Source: a virus (lineage: Duplodnaviria > Caudoviricetes). From it: a stretch of 62,082 nt of DNA. The notes under the pieces were generated by a model. That model searched no databases. It was not told the DNA's origin and saw only the letters and a list, made by a program, of their open reading frames with translations. Every line of letters starts with the position of its first letter. The first letter of the stretch is position 1. Positions 10,060 through 19,707 of the stretch are shown here, one piece after another. The position numbers were made by a program, and so were the translations under genes. The stretch lies in IMG/VR virus record IMGVR_UViG_3300006893_000280, positions 1 to 62,082 of that record; one strand, written 5' to 3'.

Positions 10060-10472
10060 AGGGGCACCTCGTCGGCGATGAGTTGTGGTGGCGGGGGCGC
10101 GGATTCGCTGCCGGGCTGGGTGCGCGCCCAGGCGAGGAGTTCGCGGATGTAGTCGACGGCGAGCCGGTAGCGGGCGCGTAGAGCGTCGATGACGCTGTGC
10201 AGTTCGCGGACCTCCTTGCGGAGGCTGTCGACGTCGTCTCGCAGCGGCTTGACGATGGACTCGAAGTCCGCGCGCTGAGCGTCGAGCAGCATCTTCAGGT
10301 GGTCGCCGTCGAGCCGCTGGCGTTCGATGTTGTCGTCGGCGGTGGCGTTGCGGGCCTCCACCCTGGTCTTGAGGCGGGCTGCGTGCCAGACGCCCCATGC
10401 GCCCGCGAGAACGCCGACGAGGGTGAGGCTGTCGTTGATGTAGGGGGCGATGGTGCTCACCCGGCCTCCCAT
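10056..10472 (-). CDS. Lysis-cassette membrane protein (1 TM + coiled coil)
   Basis: TM LTLVGVLAGAWGVW followed by heptad-rich region; downstream of holin. Confidence 0.55.
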   Translation of the reverse strand: MGGRVSTIAPYINDSLTLVGVLAGAWGVWHAARLKTRVEARNATADDNIERQRLDGDHLKMLLDAQRADFESIVKPLRDDVDSLRKEVRELHSVIDALRARYRLAVDYIRELLAWARTQPGSESAPPPPQLIADEVPL

Positions 10473-10544
10473 TCATGGGCAGGAACGGCGGAGGCCGCCT
10501 CCCGAAAATCAGGGGCGGCCTCCGCGGCTGAGGTCGGTGACGGG

Positions 10545-10802
10545 TCAGGCCGGCGGTTCTGCGAGCAGCCACGGCGCGAACCGGGCCAGCAGCTCGTTGA
10601 CGGCGGGTAGCGCCATGACGCGGGTGATGCCTGCGCACGCGGCCAGAACGACTGCTACCGCGCCTGTGACGGGGATGCCGCCGGTGATCACGATGATGGG
10701 GATCAGGGTGGCCAGGGCGAGAACGACCTGGAACACGGTGCGCACGGTTGCGCGCCACGGGTATGCGGTCTGCGACGGCGCGGTCAGGGAATGGTCACCC
10801 AT
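10545..10802 (-). CDS. Holin
   Basis: 85 aa, two TM segments, PWRATVRTVFQ...ITRVMALP.VN motif of actinophage holins; directly after endolysin. Confidence 0.8.
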   Translation of the reverse strand: MGDHSLTAPSQTAYPWRATVRTVFQVVLALATLIPIIVITGGIPVTGAVAVVLAACAGITRVMALPAVNELLARFAPWLLAEPPA

Positions 10803-10828
10803 ACGGGTCTCCTTCGGGGACGGGGTGA

Positions 10829-11632
10829 TCAGGCGTCGAGCTTGGCGAGGATGGCGTCGAGCTTGGCGTTGAGGGCCTTGTCTCGTTCGTCCTTCTCGCG
10901 CCGCCAGCGGTCGAAAGACTCGACCTTCCTGTCGGTTTCGAGGACGTAGCCGACCAGTGAGTCGCGGTAGTCGGACTGGTGGCCGGTCTCGTCCTTGTAG
11001 CGGGACTGGAATCGGTAGCCGAGTTCCTTGGTGATCAGGTTGTACAGCTCGTCCTGCTTCGCTTCGGACAGTGCCATGAGGAAGCCTCCTTCTCGTTGTT
11101 CGATCCGTGCCTGGATGTCGGCGCGGAAGCGGTTCATGTCGAGCCCGCCGGGGTCCCACTTGCCTTGCTTGCGGCCCGCCCATTCCTTGTGCGCGATAAC
11201 GCGATCCGCACCGTAGCCAAGGCGGCGGCAGATGGCGGCGCACACCTCCACGTACGCCCAGTACTGCGCTGGTCCCCACCCCTCGGTGCCGTTGTTCGCG
11301 GCCTCGATGCCGATCGTTCGATTGTTCGCCGCGTCTTCCGGCAACCCCGGATACGAGCCGTATCCGGCGTGCCAGGCGACGCCGACACCGCACAGGGTGA
11401 CCGTGCCGTCCTGGGCGAGATGGATCTGCGATAGCAGCCCCTTGAGTCCGGGCACGCCGTACATGATTTCCTTTGCAGGAGTCCGTGATCCGCCGGTGTG
11501 ATGGCAGACCACACCCCAGATGTCCCCGAAGTCGCCCTGTCCTCGATCACGCCATCCTGGCGCTTCAACGACATTCAATCCTTCGGCGCGCAAAACGTCT
11601 GCAAGCCATACTGGGTCGCCGTACCAGCCCAT
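10829..11632 (-). CDS. Endolysin (lysin A), N-acetylmuramoyl-L-alanine amidase
   Basis: VVCHHTG, AWHAG, TIGIEA, VIAHKEW..RK.DPG amidase_2 motifs. Confidence 0.92.
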   Translation of the reverse strand: MGWYGDPVWLADVLRAEGLNVVEAPGWRDRGQGDFGDIWGVVCHHTGGSRTPAKEIMYGVPGLKGLLSQIHLAQDGTVTLCGVGVAWHAGYGSYPGLPEDAANNRTIGIEAANNGTEGWGPAQYWAYVEVCAAICRRLGYGADRVIAHKEWAGRKQGKWDPGGLDMNRFRADIQARIEQREGGFLMALSEAKQDELYNLITKELGYRFQSRYKDETGHQSDYRDSLVGYVLETDRKVESFDRWRREKDERDKALNAKLDAILAKLDA

Positions 11633-11666
11633 GCCGGTACCTCCTCATTTTCGATTGGTGACGGAA

Positions 11667-13235
11667 TTAGCCGGTGCCGTTCGCGATGGCGCGCGACAGT
11701 CCGGCGAAGCCCTTCATGCGGTCGATGAGCTTTTCCCAGGCGTCCTTGACTTCGCCGTCGTCGCCGATGGTGATGAACTCGGTGCACTTCTCATCTCGGG
11801 AGTCCTCGACCTCGACGGCGGAGATGTAGTCCTCGATGACCGTGCCCCGGTCGTAGAAGGTCATGATGTCGCCGACCTTGAAGCGGCGGCCGGAGCCGTC
11901 GTCTTCGCCGAAGGAGAATCCGCGCCCGTCGATTCCGCCGGCCTGGACTTCCAGCTTCAGCGACTCCCCGCCGCCTGCGGCCTTGAGCCCGGCCATGCCG
12001 ATAGCGAGGCCGTCGAGCGAGTAGGCGCTGGTGTTGTCCACGAAGATCTCACCGAACGCGTGCGGGCCGAGATCGGCCTTCAGCTTGTGGTCGTCGAACT
12101 TCTGGTAGGCGAAGAAGATGTCGTCGAACAGGTCGCCGACGAGGATGTCTCCGAGCGCCGCGCCGGGCAGCAGCCAGTTCAGCAGTGCCTTGATGGCGGC
12201 GTTCGCGGCCCACTCGACGACCTGGTTGATGAACTCCGGGGCCTTGCCGCCGACGATCGCGGAGTGCGCTTTCGGGTGGCTGACACCGCGTGTGTAGTTG
12301 GTGATGTGGCCGGAGTCGGTGCGCCACTGCATCCAGCGGCGGTCGCGCTTCTTGTGGGTGTCGAAGACGTATCCGGCCTTCTGCGCCTTGCCCCACTGGT
12401 CCGGGTCGGCCAGGCCGAGGATGTTGCCGGGGTTCATGAACCAGAAGAAGTTGTCTCCGGACAGGTCCAGGACGTTCTGCAGGCGCGCGAGGGTGTCGGT
12501 GTTGAACACCCACGGAGAGGGGCCGTCCTTCGGGGTCCACAGGTTGCACGACAGGCCCAGATCCGCGGAATCGACTGTGGTCTTGTACAACTCGTCGAGC
12601 TGGGTGAACCGGGCTGAGATGATGACCAGTTCGGCGGTCAGGTCGTCGATGGCCTCGAGGATGTCGTCGAGCGTCTTGAGGTCCTTCAGCTGTGGCAGCT
12701 CGGGGATCTCGTAGCGGATCGGCAGCTTCATGTAGACCGGCTTCTGTAGCCGGATGACGTTCTTCGCCAGGAAGTACTTGAACACGAAGTCGGCCGGGCC
12801 GAACATGATGTCCTGCTTGCCCGTCAGGCCGACCTGGACCTCCGGCGGGAACAGAGGGTTGACCCACGCGAGGATCGTGAGCAGCCAGTACAGGTTGGAA
12901 ACGCAAGTGGCTGTGAGGATCTCTTCGCCGGGCTTGCCCGCGATGGTCGCGGACATGACGCGGCCGTCCCAGGGGATCCCGTTGTAGTAGGTGCGGATCG
13001 GCACGACGTCGCGCTTGCACTGCATCAGCCGGGCGGCGAGCGGGTGATCCGCACGAACCTGAATCGTGGCGGTGCCGGGCACATTCCAGAACCAGCCGAA
13101 CCGGGCCTTGATGTACGGGCCGAGCGGGCGGGACTGGGTGTAGTCCTGATTGAAGACGGTGATGTCGAACGCGGGCGGCGTCTTCGTGTTCGGCCGCCAC
13201 AGCGGATTGGGTGCGGCGTATGTCGGGGCGCTCAT
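11667..13235 (-). CDS. Minor tail protein (baseplate hub, Gp37-like)
   Basis: Second gene after tape measure; WNVPGTATI, WDGRV, LAWVNP.FP.EVQ, FKVGD motifs. Confidence 0.8.
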   Translation of the reverse strand: MSAPTYAAPNPLWRPNTKTPPAFDITVFNQDYTQSRPLGPYIKARFGWFWNVPGTATIQVRADHPLAARLMQCKRDVVPIRTYYNGIPWDGRVMSATIAGKPGEEILTATCVSNLYWLLTILAWVNPLFPPEVQVGLTGKQDIMFGPADFVFKYFLAKNVIRLQKPVYMKLPIRYEIPELPQLKDLKTLDDILEAIDDLTAELVIISARFTQLDELYKTTVDSADLGLSCNLWTPKDGPSPWVFNTDTLARLQNVLDLSGDNFFWFMNPGNILGLADPDQWGKAQKAGYVFDTHKKRDRRWMQWRTDSGHITNYTRGVSHPKAHSAIVGGKAPEFINQVVEWAANAAIKALLNWLLPGAALGDILVGDLFDDIFFAYQKFDDHKLKADLGPHAFGEIFVDNTSAYSLDGLAIGMAGLKAAGGGESLKLEVQAGGIDGRGFSFGEDDGSGRRFKVGDIMTFYDRGTVIEDYISAVEVEDSRDEKCTEFITIGDDGEVKDAWEKLIDRMKGFAGLSRAIANGTG

Positions 13236-14062
13236 GCGGCGGCCCGCTGGTACTTCTGCGGTAGCCACACCTCGACGCGGCTATCGGCGGTGGTGGCGAC
13301 GCCCTCGATGTTGAGCGGCACAGTCGTTTTCGGAGGAGCGCTCTGGTACCAGGCGACGTTGCCTGCCTTGCTCCACACGTCCTTGCCGGTCCAGTCCTTG
13401 ATGTGCGGGAACTCCGGGTTGGTCTCGACCGTCCACCCCTCGTTGGGCTGAAGCTTGGGCAGCAGCACCTTTTCGGTGCCAATGCCGATCGAGAACGCAC
13501 CGGGGCCGGTGAGCCGCCAGAACGGCCACGTAGGAACGTCGCCGTCGTTATGAATGCTTCGGCCTGCGAACTGGTCGGGAGCCAAGGCCGGCGGATTGAC
13601 GGGCTTTCCGTTCCACCAGGATTCGTCGGAGACGAGGACCGCGTCCTCGGTGCACCAGCCGACGGTGTCCAGCAGCTCGTACGGTGGATCGGACATGGCC
13701 GTCTCCAGCCGTACGTACTGCCAGCGGTTCCCGCCGCCGGGGGAGATGACGTGCCATTCGACGAGATTGGTTCCGTCGCCGAGGCTTTCGCGCCAGGTGT
13801 TCCACAGGTCGAACGCTTCTTCGCCCGGTTTCACGGGGCCGACGCGGACGGTGATGCTGATCGGGTTGATTTCTCGATTGGTGCCTCGGTAAGTGGCACC
13901 GGCTTGGCGGGCGTTGGCCTGCCGGACATGAGCCATCGGCGCTCCGCCCACACCCAGGGGAGCTTGGGCGAGGCGGAGCGGGCATTCGGGGTCGCCGAAT
14001 CGCCAGATGGCTCGGGGCTGTCCGGGATACTCGACGCCGCGCAGCTCGTAGCGAACTGCCAT
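13232..14062 (-). CDS. Distal tail protein (Dit-like)
   Basis: Directly after tape measure; NDGDVPTWPFWRLTGP motif. Confidence 0.8.
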   Translation of the reverse strand: MAVRYELRGVEYPGQPRAIWRFGDPECPLRLAQAPLGVGGAPMAHVRQANARQAGATYRGTNREINPISITVRVGPVKPGEEAFDLWNTWRESLGDGTNLVEWHVISPGGGNRWQYVRLETAMSDPPYELLDTVGWCTEDAVLVSDESWWNGKPVNPPALAPDQFAGRSIHNDGDVPTWPFWRLTGPGAFSIGIGTEKVLLPKLQPNEGWTVETNPEFPHIKDWTGKDVWSKAGNVAWYQSAPPKTTVPLNIEGVATTADSRVEVWLPQKYQRAAA

Positions 14063-14095
14063 TACAGCTTCCCGTCTAACGAAAGATGCTGGAGC

Positions 14096-16912
14096 CTAGA
14101 GCCCCAGCTGAGTGATGTTGATGTTCGCGGCGCGCGCCCCGGAGTCGATATCGACCGAAACCGTCACGGGCTCTTGGCTACTGGCCGCTGCGACTATCGC
14201 GTCGAGCTTTTCGCCGAGCTGTTCCAGCTGGCCGTCCAGGCCGGGAATGGCGGTGTTACTGGTGTCGAAGCCGACGAACTTGCCACTTTCGTCCCAGCTG
14301 GACCGCGCCGCCAGTGCGCCGCCGACGAGGAGGCTCAGGGCGCGGTATCCGTCCTGTGCGATCCTGTTGAGTCCGGCTCCCTTGCCGGGTGTCGACAGCG
14401 GGATATCGCCCTGGTCGCCCTGGGTGATGACACTCCATGAGCCGGTGTGCACGCCGCCGTCTCCGGAACTGCCCACCCCACCGAATCCGCCATTGGCGTA
14501 GGGGGTCAGGGAGAAGCCGAAGCGGTCAGCGACTTGCTGCAGGATTGTTGTAGAGCGGGCACGCTTGGCGGCCGACAGCGGGATGTACGCCTCGCCGCCG
14601 GTCTCAGGTTCCGCCCACTGAATCAGTCGGCCTGTGGCGGGCTTGATTTCAGCGGTATCCGGCAGCTTCCCGTCGGCGTAGCGGTCCAGGTCGACTCCGC
14701 CATCGGCTCTGAAGGTGCCATCGGGCACACGTACCGGCCCCTGCACGAGCCCCTGGTTCGGGTCCTGGCCGGAGTTCTGTGTCGCCTGCGCGCGAACGTC
14801 CCTGATCTCGTTCGTCGTGTAGGTGGTGATTGTGCGACCGCTGTTGTTGGCAATGAACGCGTCGAGGACTTGCTGTGCGGCGGCGATTTCCGCAGTGACC
14901 TTTGACTTGCCGTTGGGCAGGTTCTCGACCTTGAAGCCGAATGCCTCCAAATTGCGCTTCGCGTCCTCGGTCAGCGCCGTCACCGTCACCGTGTGGCTGT
15001 CCGGGATATCAGATATCGCGCCACCGAGAAGGCGAGTCATCTCGGCTGCGCCGGAAGCTTGTTCACCAGCGGTGCGGACCGAGTCACGCATCGCGTCGAT
15101 CTTCGGCTTTGCAGCGTCCAGCTTGTCGGCGAGCGAGCGAACCCGGTCCGCGGCCCGGTCCATCTGCTCGCCGTACCAACGGGCGGCGTTGCCGCTGCCC
15201 TCGATCGCGGAGCCGACGTCCTTCATGCCGGGGATGTGCTTGATGATTCCGCCCAGCTTCGAGGAGAACCCGCCCAGTATCTCCAGAGCCTTGCCGATGC
15301 TGTCGCCGATGCCCTCTTGCAGCGTCGCGAACATGCGCAGCGTGCTGGACGCGAAGGCGACAAGGCCGTCCAGACAGGCAAGGCCGGCATCGGCCAAGTT
15401 CGCGAAGAACGAGATGATTTCCGGCTTGTGGGTCGATACCCAGTCGGCGACCTGCTGCAAGGTGGGGCCGAACGCCTCGGCGATGGAGAACTTCACCTCG
15501 CCCATCGCCTGAGTGATCGAGTTCTTGGCGGCCTCGAAGCGGTGTGCGGTCGTATCGCCGATCTTCTGCGTGGCTGTGTCAGCGGTGCCAGCGACATCGC
15601 CGAATTGCTGCACGGCGGTGTCGAGATCCAGAGCAAACGCTGCGCCCTGGATGTCCTCGAACTTGGTCCCGAACAGCGCCAGTGCGGCGGTGTAGCGATC
15701 CTGCGGATCCTGGACGCTTCGCAGCCCGCGCAGTAGTTGCGCCATCATGTTGCGCGCCGCCTCGCCGCCGGAAGCCATCGCTGTCCGTGCCTCCTCAGCG
15801 GAGACTCCCAGCTTCTCGAAACCGGCTGCGCCTTCGGCGGTTCCGTCCGAGACCCGGAGTTTGAACTCCTTGAGGCTGTCGATCACAACGTCGGTATCGC
15901 GGGCACCGGCCTTCACGCCCTGAGCGACCAGCGCCCAGCCTTCAGCGCCGACCAAGCCCAGGGCACGCAGCTCTGTGGAGTATTCGTCGAACGAATCCAG
16001 CAGGTCCCCGCTGACATTCAGGTTGTTCTGCTGGGCCTTGATCAGGAGGTCGAATGCTGCGGTTCCGTCCTTGGCGATGCCGTTCTTGATCGCCTGCCCG
16101 GCCGATCGGGCGACTGCCGGGACTTCTTCGCCCAGCAACTGGGAGACGACGTCCAGCTTCGTGATCACCGGCTGCATCTGATCGGCGGTTTCCTCGCCGT
16201 TCAGCAGACTGGACTCGATCGCCGCCTCCACGGCCTGCATGTTGGAGTTGACCGAGTCTCCCCAACCGTCGGAGAACGCGTTACCGGCTGCGGTGCCGAT
16301 GACCCGCATTGTCTGATCCTTGACGCCGAGGCGGGCTTGGATCAGGGCGGAGTTCTTCTCTATCTGCATACCGTCGGAGATCGCCTCTGCCAGAACGGCA
16401 CCGGCGGCCAGGCCGATACCGGCGACTCCGACCAGCGCCATTGCGATCGGGCCGCCCTTGTCGCCCAGTCGCTCGAGCTTGCTGGCGAATCCGCCGACGA
16501 AGGAGTCACCGAACGAGGAACCGGTCGATGCCGCGCCCGACGCTCGCTGGCCAAGATTGGCGAGCGTGTCGGAGGCGCGCCGGGCAGCCTTCGACAGGTC
16601 GGCGGGCAGGTTGATGCGGTGGGTGGCGTCGGCGGCCTGCCCTGCCGAGCGTTCGATCCGCCGGACGTCGCGGGCGGCTTTCTGCGCGGTGTCCCCGAAT
16701 CGCTGGACGTCACGGGAGGCGTTGCGTGCGCCCAGGCCGCCGCGCTCGATGCGGGCACCGGAGTTGGTAAAGCTCCGGTCGACCTGGCCCGCCGCGCGCT
16801 CGGCAGCGCCACGCAGGCCGGTGAAGCCACGCTCAGCGCTTCCGAGGGTGCGTCGGAACCGGGCATCGTCGAGGGTGAGTTCGGCGTAGATTTCGCCGAC
16901 TCTGGTTGCCAT
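14096..16912 (-). CDS. Tape measure protein
   Basis: MATRVGEIYAELTLD start, Ala/Gly-rich helical, C-terminal WAEPETGGEAYIPL. Confidence 0.93.
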   Translation of the reverse strand: MATRVGEIYAELTLDDARFRRTLGSAERGFTGLRGAAERAAGQVDRSFTNSGARIERGGLGARNASRDVQRFGDTAQKAARDVRRIERSAGQAADATHRINLPADLSKAARRASDTLANLGQRASGAASTGSSFGDSFVGGFASKLERLGDKGGPIAMALVGVAGIGLAAGAVLAEAISDGMQIEKNSALIQARLGVKDQTMRVIGTAAGNAFSDGWGDSVNSNMQAVEAAIESSLLNGEETADQMQPVITKLDVVSQLLGEEVPAVARSAGQAIKNGIAKDGTAAFDLLIKAQQNNLNVSGDLLDSFDEYSTELRALGLVGAEGWALVAQGVKAGARDTDVVIDSLKEFKLRVSDGTAEGAAGFEKLGVSAEEARTAMASGGEAARNMMAQLLRGLRSVQDPQDRYTAALALFGTKFEDIQGAAFALDLDTAVQQFGDVAGTADTATQKIGDTTAHRFEAAKNSITQAMGEVKFSIAEAFGPTLQQVADWVSTHKPEIISFFANLADAGLACLDGLVAFASSTLRMFATLQEGIGDSIGKALEILGGFSSKLGGIIKHIPGMKDVGSAIEGSGNAARWYGEQMDRAADRVRSLADKLDAAKPKIDAMRDSVRTAGEQASGAAEMTRLLGGAISDIPDSHTVTVTALTEDAKRNLEAFGFKVENLPNGKSKVTAEIAAAQQVLDAFIANNSGRTITTYTTNEIRDVRAQATQNSGQDPNQGLVQGPVRVPDGTFRADGGVDLDRYADGKLPDTAEIKPATGRLIQWAEPETGGEAYIPLSAAKRARSTTILQQVADRFGFSLTPYANGGFGGVGSSGDGGVHTGSWSVITQGDQGDIPLSTPGKGAGLNRIAQDGYRALSLLVGGALAARSSWDESGKFVGFDTSNTAIPGLDGQLEQLGEKLDAIVAAASSQEPVTVSVDIDSGARAANINITQLGL

Positions 16913-17053
16913 ATGCGGCTCCGTTCAAACTGCCTGTCTGGTGATCGCCGCCGCACGACTCCGTCCGACCGACGAACTGTTTGAAGTGCCTGTCGTCATG
17001 CGCGCTGAGGAGAAACTCGGATCTGTCGGGGGTCATCCGTAGCATTCGGTTGC

Positions 17054-17725
17054 ATGACTCAGCAGTCGCTTGTTTCGTTGGTGGTCGGGTTGGCCGCCGC
17101 GTTGGTCGGTGTGCTGGCTCCGGTGCTCGCTCACCGGTACTCATCTCGTGACAAACGCGAGAATTTGAAACGAGACCTCGAGCTGGCGCAATTGATGGCC
17201 GAGGATGAATACGGATCTCGCGCGGAGTTGATGGCGCATATCGACGACAGGGTTGTGAAGCTCGTTCGGCATGAGAAGCCGATGAAGCTGCTTCGAACAT
17301 CGATGGTATCGGGGGCAATGTTTTTCGGCTGTCTAATCGGCATCAATGCGCTGGCGGTTGGTCAGAGATGGACCTTTTACCTCGTTGAGGTCGCGGCCTA
17401 CACGGTCATGGGAATCACAATATTGGCACTTGCGGTTTTCTTAATCTCCATGGCTGCGTTAATCATGTCGATGCGCTCGGCCTCGGTTGGGTATCAGATC
17501 CTCGCGGTCCTGACGTTCCCGGTTGGCGCCGTCGGCGTCATTATCGTGTGGTGTATCGGCACACTGCTCATCCTGGGAACGAACCTCGTCCGTCAGCGGT
17601 ATGGATTGACAGCGATCGAATGGGACAGGTCGCCGATTGCCGGGATGAAGGAACTATGGTCGCGACTTCGTCGACCTGAGAATTCTCCGGATAACGCAGC
17701 AGAGGTGAGAGTGGCGGAAGCCTGA
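17054..17725 (+). CDS. Multi-TM membrane protein (moron)
   Basis: About 4 hydrophobic segments; opposite strand within tail operon; lower GC. Confidence 0.7.
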   Translation: MTQQSLVSLVVGLAAALVGVLAPVLAHRYSSRDKRENLKRDLELAQLMAEDEYGSRAELMAHIDDRVVKLVRHEKPMKLLRTSMVSGAMFFGCLIGINALAVGQRWTFYLVEVAAYTVMGITILALAVFLISMAALIMSMRSASVGYQILAVLTFPVGAVGVIIVWCIGTLLILGTNLVRQRYGLTAIEWDRSPIAGMKELWSRLRRPENSPDNAAEVRVAEA

Positions 17726-17812
17726 GCCAGGGTAGACCGTTGAGGGCAGGTCCTGGAACAGCGCGGCCGTATATTCGCACCGACCTCCGTCCCGCACAGC
17801 TTGACTAGTCGG

Positions 17813-18187
17813 TCAGGTGTCTGCGGTTGGGCTGTCCTTACCGGCGTCAATAACGGCCTGGATGTCGACGAAGTCGGCGAGCTGGGCGAATTGCCAGTTA
17901 GCGCGGCCGAGGCTGGGGCTGCCGCCGAAGTGTAGGAGCGCGGTCCGGCCCGCGTGCATTGCCATCGTGTCCGGTACACCGTCGCGGGCCATCTCCTCGC
18001 GCGCGGGGCCGAGAATCTTGCGGATCTCTTCGTACTCCTGTGCAGCGGAGAGGTTGTCGTCGAGGACGAGTAGCCGCAGCCGGTCAGCTTCGCGGATGCC
18101 GGGGCTCTTGATCTTGTAGATGACGCCATCAATCGGCAGGGAGAGGTCCGGGTCGTAGAACTCGGATAGGTCGCGCAGGGCGCCCAT
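17813..18187 (-). CDS. Tail assembly chaperone (short, G-like copy)
   Basis: Between major tail and tape measure genes; paralog of N-terminus of 18199..18849. Confidence 0.75.
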   Translation of the reverse strand: MGALRDLSEFYDPDLSLPIDGVIYKIKSPGIREADRLRLLVLDDNLSAAQEYEEIRKILGPAREEMARDGVPDTMAMHAGRTALLHFGGSPSLGRANWQFAQLADFVDIQAVIDAGKDSPTADT

Positions 18188-18198
18188 AGGTGTAGTCC

Positions 18199-18849
18199 TT
18201 ACACGGTAGGGGGAAGGATTGCGCGGTGTAGCCGCGTGCCCGGCGAACTCGCGAGGTCGTGGATGCGTACCTCGAGCCAGCGCCACGGACGTTCATGCAG
18301 CACACCGGAATTGACGTCCACTCCGTACGCGGAGTGCAGGTCGAGTTCGATATCGCGCCAGCAGGCCAGCACTTCTCGCCACGAGCGGGTGGGTGAGATG
18401 GCGTTGACCGGGGCCATCTCCGGCGGGTTGAACCAGGCACGCAGACCGCTCGCTGGGTCGACAGGGCCGCCGCCTGGGTCGTTCGGCCCGAGGTAGCCCG
18501 GCGCTGAAGTGTCCACAGCGGCGCCAGGTTCGCTGTTGCCGTCGGGGGCGATCTCGCCGTTCCAGAACGCTGCCGCCGCGTCGGGGCTCTTGCCGAAGTG
18601 CAGCAAGGCAGTACGTCCGGCTAGCGCGATGACGGTGGAGTCTGCGCCGAGTCGGTCGAGCTGGTCCCACGCTGCGCCGAGCAGCCGCCGCACCTCGACA
18701 CGCTCCACCTCCGGGGTGAGTGCGTCGAGGTCGGCAAGGAGCCTTCGCAATCGCAGCCCATCCCAGGCGGAAGGGGATGCGATACGCACCTGGTGGCCGC
18801 GCACTGGCAGATACAGGTCCGGGTCTAGGAAGTCGTCGAATTCCGGCAC
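18199..18849 (-). CDS. Tail assembly chaperone (long, GT-like fusion)
   Basis: G-like N-domain plus C-domain WRDIELDLH..YGVD......PWRWLEVRI typical of T extension. Confidence 0.75.
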   Translation of the reverse strand: MPEFDDFLDPDLYLPVRGHQVRIASPSAWDGLRLRRLLADLDALTPEVERVEVRRLLGAAWDQLDRLGADSTVIALAGRTALLHFGKSPDAAAAFWNGEIAPDGNSEPGAAVDTSAPGYLGPNDPGGGPVDPASGLRAWFNPPEMAPVNAISPTRSWREVLACWRDIELDLHSAYGVDVNSGVLHERPWRWLEVRIHDLASSPGTRLHRAILPPTV

Positions 18850-18986
18850 AGTGCACGCCTTTCCGGTGCCAATGCCGCAACGGCATCCGGGCTAGTGAGA
18901 GTCCGCCGTCCGCCGCTCAGCACGGGATCGGCGGCTCTCATATGAGTTGGAGTTGGTTCGATCACCGCCGATTCGACGCGATCATT

Positions 18987-19002
18987 GGTGATTTACATCA
19001 CA
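18987..19002. promoter_or_regulatory. CRP/GlxR-like site
   Basis: GGTGA-TTTACA-TCACA matches tGTGA-N6-TCACA, in a non-coding insert. Confidence 0.35.
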
Positions 19003-19448
19003 TGCCAACTGGTATGTTGGCCTTAGGTAGGGCGACATAGTTTGCTGGATGTTGATGGGATTTTTCGTGGACGGACCCCGAAAGGGCGCTGAACGTCGCC
19101 AGTGCGATTTTACGTCTACATATAAAAGTTGCTGACCCACCTGACCAGCAGGGCTCCAAGCTGCGGACACTGGATTCGAACCAACTTGAGCGAGCCATAA
19201 GTCCAGGTAAAAGCACGAATTTGAAAGCGGTTTAACAACTCCAGCTGTTGTGCAATGACGGGGGACCCGAGTTTGCTGGCGCTGCGTTCGGGGTGGCGTT
19301 GACTCCTCGTTGTCAGTCGCCCACGTCGGATAGGCTTGTCCCAGCACCGATTTCCCGGGCTGTTAGGGAGTCGGTGACCTGCTCTCCTTGCTTGGATTGT
19401 GCCACCCAGACGGGTGTCACTATCTGGATAAGGAAAGTGGGAGCAGCG

Positions 19449-19568
19449 ATGTCGTCCAAGCGCAAGCATCACCCGAGGGCAAAGACCCCAGCCCGATCAC
19501 TCGGAGCCGAGGCCTTCGTCATCATCCTGGTTCGGTTCGCGACCGTACTGCTGATGCTGATGCATTAG
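19449..19568 (+). CDS. 39-aa basic + hydrophobic peptide (type I toxin-like)
   Basis: MSSKRKHHPRAKTPARSLGAEAFVIILVRFATVLLMLMH; purine-rich RBS; own terminator. Confidence 0.55.
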   Translation: MSSKRKHHPRAKTPARSLGAEAFVIILVRFATVLLMLMH

Positions 19569-19579
19569 TCGCATCGACG

Positions 19580-19620
19580 GGGCCGGATTCTGCTGCAACA
19601 GATCCGGCCCTTTGCTGTTG
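19580..19620 (+). terminator. Intrinsic terminator
   Basis: GGGCCGGAT...ATCCGGCCC stem followed by TTTGCTGTT. Confidence 0.65.
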
Positions 19621-19707
19621 AGCAACCGAACTATCTAACACTCTACCCGAATTTCTACAAGGTACCGAGGTCAGAGAGTGAGCGTACTGAGCGCAGCGGC
19701 TCGTCCA

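Noticed and set aside
19150-19240. tRNA-like GGTTCGAATCC on the - strand
   Set aside because: T-stem is weak and I could not build acceptor, D or anticodon arms
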